Source: a virus
Taxonomy: Duplodnaviria; Heunggongvirae; Uroviricota; Caudoviricetes
Length of the DNA: 58,841 nt
Virus record (IMG/VR): IMGVR_UViG_3300023371_000069
Strand: one strand, 5' to 3'
The translations under genes were made by a program, and so were the position numbers. Numbering within the stretch: the first letter of the stretch is position 1; each line of letters opens with the position of its first letter. Below are positions 55,564 to 58,841 of the stretch, piece by piece. Below the pieces are notes generated by a model. The model made no database searches. It was given only the letters and a program-made list of their open reading frames with translations, and was not told the DNA's origin.

Positions 55564-55744
55564 ACGCCGTAAGCCGCGTCCTCAGCCACCTTGGTACTAT
55601 TGGTATGACACAGATGGTTGTTGGGATTGTCCAAATCGAAATGGTTGTTCTGGATGTAAAAGATTAAAAACCTATATTTATGAGCAACAACGGACTAAAA
55701 GAAAAATCGCCCGAGACGAGAAGCGATTCCTTGACAATTCATAA
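55550..55744 (+). CDS. small basic Cys-rich protein
   Basis: ATG is in an overlapping frame. MNRAKRRKPRP.. and CWDCPNRNGCSGC. Confidence 0.4.
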   Translation: MNRAKRRKPRPQPPWYYWYDTDGCWDCPNRNGCSGCKRLKTYIYEQQRTKRKIARDEKRFLDNS

Positions 55745-55759
55745 AATTTTTGCTATAAT
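55731..55759 (+). promoter_or_regulatory. sigma70-like promoter followed by the CAGCAAA motif
   Basis: TTGACAattcataaaattttTGcTATAAT. Confidence 0.55.
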
Positions 55760-55809
55760 AATAATATAAGAAAAAAGACACTTTCAGCAAATTCTACTAT
55801 AAAAAATTA

Positions 55810-55950
55810 AGCCTTCCAAGCCGGATGTCGTGGGTTCGAGTCCCTTCCTCCCCTGCCAGTTCACCTGGCAAGGTGGCGTAGGTGAACTACTAGGGGAACT
55901 TCGGTTCCCTGAATATAGGGGAGTAGCTCAGCTGGTAGAGCGCCGTTAAA
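55810..55950 (+). other. permuted tRNA-like element (Gly-UCC-like anticodon loop CTTCCAA, T-arm and acceptor 3' strand; then 2 hairpins; then the complementary 5' part with D-arm)
   Basis: ..CCTTCCAAGCCGG ATGTC GTGGG TTCGAGT CCCTT CCTCCCC T GCCA. About 58 nt further on comes GGGGAGT A GCTC AGCTGGTA GAGC G CCGTT. Confidence 0.35.
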
Positions 55951-56022
55951 CATTTTTTATGCGTGTCTTGTGTTTTCCGTTCGAGTTATCGAAAAAACAA
56001 GTTATTGTAAAGGAGAATAAGT

Positions 56023-56430
56023 ATGTATTAGTCAATTTAGGGAAATTTAGGTTTTGGTAAAGCCGTTGAATATTTTACCAGTCATGGTATCACAGTTGCG
56101 ATTCCGCTTAATGATACTCAAAAATATGATTTAATTGCTGATTTTAATGGTGGCTTGTAGAGAGTTCAAGTTAAAACCAGTCGATATAGTAGAAATGGTA
56201 TTTCCTATGAAGTAATGTTAAAAAACTGTGGGGGTACCAGTAAAGGCTCTAAAATTCGACCATTTGATAACACTTCTTGTGATTATGTATTTATTGTAAC
56301 AGGGAATGATAAAACTTATTTAATTCCTTGTGAAGCAATTTCTGCTACTAATACAATCACAGTTGGGAATAAATATACTGAATTTGAAGTATTTAGCTTA
56401 CCCTTATCTGAATTCCAGGCTGAAGAATGA
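56023..56430 (+). CDS. Hjc-like PD-(D/E)xK nuclease, putative homing endonuclease (copy 3), with 3 in-frame TAG (56029-56031, 56038-56040, 56158-56160)
   Basis: ATG has AAGGAGAATAAGT upstream. The frame runs to TGA at 56428-56430. It aligns with copies 1 and 2 across the TAG positions. The track shows only its stop-free tail, 56215..56430. Confidence 0.5.
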
Positions 56431-56433
56431 TAT

Positions 56434-56508
56434 TGGGGTGTCGTTCAAAGGTTAGGACCGCGGTCTCTAAAATCGCAGATGTCAGTTCGATTCTGACCGC
56501 CCCCGCCA
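56434..56508 (+). tRNA. amber suppressor tRNA-Sup(CUA), type I, Gln-like
   Basis: Acceptor TGGGGTG/CGCCCCC (weak 1:72 pair), disc G, D-arm GTTC/AAAGGTTA/GGAC, anticodon arm GCGGT/CTCTAAA/ATCGC, T-arm GTCAG/TTCGATT/CTGAC, encoded CCA. Same architecture as the Gln tRNAs at 51362 and 51506. Confidence 0.7.
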
Positions 56509-56605
56509 TGGGGTGTATTCTAATGGTAAGAAAAGAGTCTCTAAAACTCCAGGAAGCACGGCTCTGACCCGTGATGTGGGGGTTCGAATCCCTCCACCCC
56601 AGCCA
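56509..56605 (+). tRNA. second tRNA-Sup(CUA), type II (long variable arm, G73, Ser-like)
   Basis: Acceptor TGGGGTG/CACCCCA, anticodon arm (A)GAGT/CTCTAAA/ACTC(C), 27-nt variable arm with a CACGG/CTCTGAC/CCGTG hairpin, T-arm GGGGG/TTCGAAT/CCCTC, encoded CCA. Abuts the previous tRNA with no spacer. Confidence 0.55.
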
Positions 56606-56617
56606 AGTATCGAAAAT

Positions 56618-56645
56618 TGATTTTTATAAAAATTTTTGATATAAT
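56618..56645 (+). promoter_or_regulatory. class 2 promoter cassette
   Basis: Cassette consensus. Confidence 0.6.
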
Positions 56646-56785
56646 ATATATGTAAGATAAAAAAGGCTCTTACAGCAAATCATACACACTTTCTAAAAGA
56701 AATAGAAAATTATATATCCTTCCAAGATATTACAGATGTGAATGACGAGCCTTGTGAAAACTTCGTTTTCACGAAGTGAAAACAT

Positions 56786-56872
56786 CCCGGTGTGGTGGAA
56801 TTGGCAGACACAAGGGACTTAAAATCCCTCGGTGGTGACACCGTACCGGTTCGAGTCCGGTCACCGGGACCA
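56786..56872 (+). tRNA. tRNA-Leu(UAA), type II, intact copy
   Basis: Acceptor CCCGGTG/CACCGGG, anticodon arm AGGGA/CTTAAAA/TCCCT, disc A, encoded CCA. Confidence 0.7.
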
Positions 56873-56946
56873 CAACCTTAAATGAAAGGACTGATTCCAA
56901 TGTACAAGGTGATTATCTTCTAACTATCCAAAAGGAGGTTAGAAAA

Positions 56947-57249
56947 ATGAGTCGCTCTTACAAGCACACTCCGCGCAGCGGAGACACCAAAGATAAGTTC
57001 TTCAAAAAATACGCAAATCGTCGAGTGCGGCGGCTTCCCATCGAGGAGCTTCCCTTAAACAACAAGACCTATAAAAAGGTAACTTGTAGTTGGAATATCT
57101 GCGACTACGAAACAGTCGGCATATCATTTGAGCAATACTGGGATAGTCTTCTCAAAAGCTGGCACAGATGGCGTAAGGGATGCGGACATCCGTACCCAAA
57201 CCGAGACGAAGCGTATCAAGAATACTGTCGTTGGTTTCTAAGAAAATAA
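56947..57249 (+). CDS. small basic protein
   Basis: SD AAAGGAGG. Lys/Arg/Trp-rich. Resembles 55237..55563. Confidence 0.5.
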   Translation: MSRSYKHTPRSGDTKDKFFKKYANRRVRRLPIEELPLNNKTYKKVTCSWNICDYETVGISFEQYWDSLLKSWHRWRKGCGHPYPNRDEAYQEYCRWFLRK

Positions 57250-57250
57250 G

Positions 57251-57279
57251 TTGATTTTTTCAAAAAATTTTTGTATAAT
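57251..57279 (+). promoter_or_regulatory. class 2 promoter cassette
   Basis: Cassette consensus. Confidence 0.6.
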
Positions 57280-57375
57280 ATACTTACAGGAAATAAAGAA
57301 AAAATCTTCTCCCCTTTCTTTAAAGTTCCTATCTTCTCGGGTGGGCTGACACCCCCTCGTTAGTCCACCTTTTCT

Positions 57376-57450
57376 GCGGGTGTAGTACATCGGCTAGTGC
57401 GCCTGCCTTCCAAGCAGGATAGACGGGTTCGATTCCCGTTACCCGCTCCA
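57376..57450 (+). tRNA. tRNA-Gly(UCC)
   Basis: Acceptor GCGGGTG/TACCCGC, loop CTTCCAA, encoded CCA. Confidence 0.7.
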
Positions 57451-57900
57451 TTTTCAATCAATACAAACGAGGCCGTTAGAATCGTAGGTCTATCGGAGTT
57501 GTAGTTATTGATTGAGAACTTCATACTGAGAGCCATACAGCAAATCTAAATTGTACTTTCAAGTACAGCTTGTCGCTACTTCGGTAGCTCTATGATGAAA
57601 CATCTACAATAATAGATTTACTTAAGAAAGAAGAATGGTTTAAACTCAAACTAATCTTTACCGGCTTAGCAGCTCCCCATCTGCCCCATATGTGTTGAGG
57701 CTCTCGACACTTATCATCGCATATGGGGCCGGGGAGTGCTAAATCGGACATAATATTTAATAAGGCACATTCAGCAAATAACCTTATAAAAGAATTTACT
57801 AATTTTAGATGAATTAAAATATGCAAAGCCTTTACATAAGTTATTAGTGCCTTGCAGGGTGTAGGGCATTCGTGCCCTCACCCAATTTTTCTCTTTATAT

Positions 57901-57979
57901 GCGCCGCTAGCTCAGCAGGTTTCAGAGCACCGCCCTTTTAAGGCGGGTGTCCTGGGTTCGAATCCCAGGCGGCGCACCA
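57901..57979 (+). tRNA. tRNA-Lys(UUU)
   Basis: Acceptor GCGCCGC/GCGGCGC, loop CTTTTAA, encoded CCA. Confidence 0.75.
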
Positions 57980-58392
57980 GGGTCAAGTGTGAGAAAGTTC
58001 ATTGGCATCGCTGACGGTAAATGGCAATCTATGTGAAAGGGCCTAAGTAGCATAGTGCGCAAGCATCTCGTAGTTCAGTCGTTGGAGAATCTTAAAGAGC
58101 AACGGATTTCTTGGTTAGGCCAATCAAGAAAGAGGAATTCTGTCGTTAAGTTCCTAATAAAGAAAGCGACACAGCGGGGGTACTATGTGCGAAGAATAGT
58201 ACGCCCCGCATCCCATCTAAACCGGTCTTGCCTTGTGCACTGGGAGAAATTCCTCAAGACCGCCTCATACTGAGGGTACGATTAAGGTTTTACAGTAGGG
58301 ACTAAGTGGCAATCGTGTAACAGGAAATCTGACACGACCTAAGCCCTAAAATTAGCCTTAATCATTGTTTTTTCTAATCCAAAAATCTTTTT

Positions 58393-58421
58393 TGATTTTT
58401 ATAAAAAAATATGATATAATA
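58393..58421 (+). promoter_or_regulatory. class 2 promoter cassette
   Basis: Cassette consensus. Confidence 0.6.
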
Positions 58422-58594
58422 TATATGTAAGGTAAAGGAAATGTGAAAACTCTCCTCTTGAGAAGTCCGAGACAATCTACCATTGCTTCTTGGGCGAAGA
58501 ACAAGAGAATAAGCTCCATTTTGAGGGTAACCCTCGTAGCGGAAGTCTGGTGGTAGCAGTTACGACCGACCGATAGGCCCCTCACCTTCAATAT

Positions 58595-58671
58595 CCGCCC
58601 TTAGCTCAGCTGGCCAGAGCACCTGACTCTTAATCAGGGTGTCCAGGGTTCGAATCCCTGAGGGCGGACCA
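58595..58671 (+). tRNA. tRNA-Lys(CUU)
   Basis: Acceptor CCGCCCT/AGGGCGG, loop CTCTTAA, encoded CCA. Confidence 0.75.
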
Positions 58672-58841
58672 GGATAGCTCCTCACGGGGAGGATAAGTAA
58701 TGTAAGTAGTATGGAAGTAAAAACTGCGATGTGGAGATAAATGCCCACTGTCGCCTTGCGTGCGCGAAACCGGTGTAGCGTGGATGGGGTCTCTCCAGAA
58801 GGCTACATGAAAAAAGCGAGGTTCGAGTCCTCGAGTATCCA

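Overview
This window looks like part of a large virulent-phage-type genome. The host appears Firmicute-like: dozens of near-consensus sigma-A promoters (TTGACA-17-TGnTATAAT), strong GGAGG Shine-Dalgarno sites, and AbrB/SpoVT-like regulators. The layout, left to right, is as follows. (1) 1-1590: two leftward genes whose reading frames stay open through in-frame TAG codons. (2) 1790-5120: a rightward block that includes a clear folD homologue and a frameshifted nuclease gene. (3) 5450-20540: an array of about 30 very short early cistrons, each with its own promoter plus a conserved leader (promoter class 1), interleaved with GC-rich hairpin terminators and a repeated intergenic unit of roughly 180 bp. 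(4) 20830-22900: a leftward block with an iteron-flanked initiator-like gene, probably a replication origin. (5) 22990-40560: rightward operons driven by a second conserved promoter cassette (class 2). They encode small Cys-rich or acidic proteins, a release factor 2 (RF2) homologue, a metallopeptidase-like protein and two large paralogous Cys-rich proteins. (6) 40640-58841: a very large tRNA array of about 40 tRNAs, interspersed with homing-endonuclease genes (2 HNH and 3 Hjc-like PD-(D/E)xK), class 2 promoters, split or permuted tRNA parts and long non-coding stretches. The central conclusion is that TAG is not a stop codon in this genome. At least eight genes carry in-frame TAGs, and TAG is not used as a terminator in the roughly 35 checked early and accessory cistrons. 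The element also encodes its own RF2 and two adjacent tRNAs with CUA anticodons, one Gln-like type I and one Ser-like type II. Coordinates of RNA features and promoters are hand-derived and may be off by 1-2 nt.
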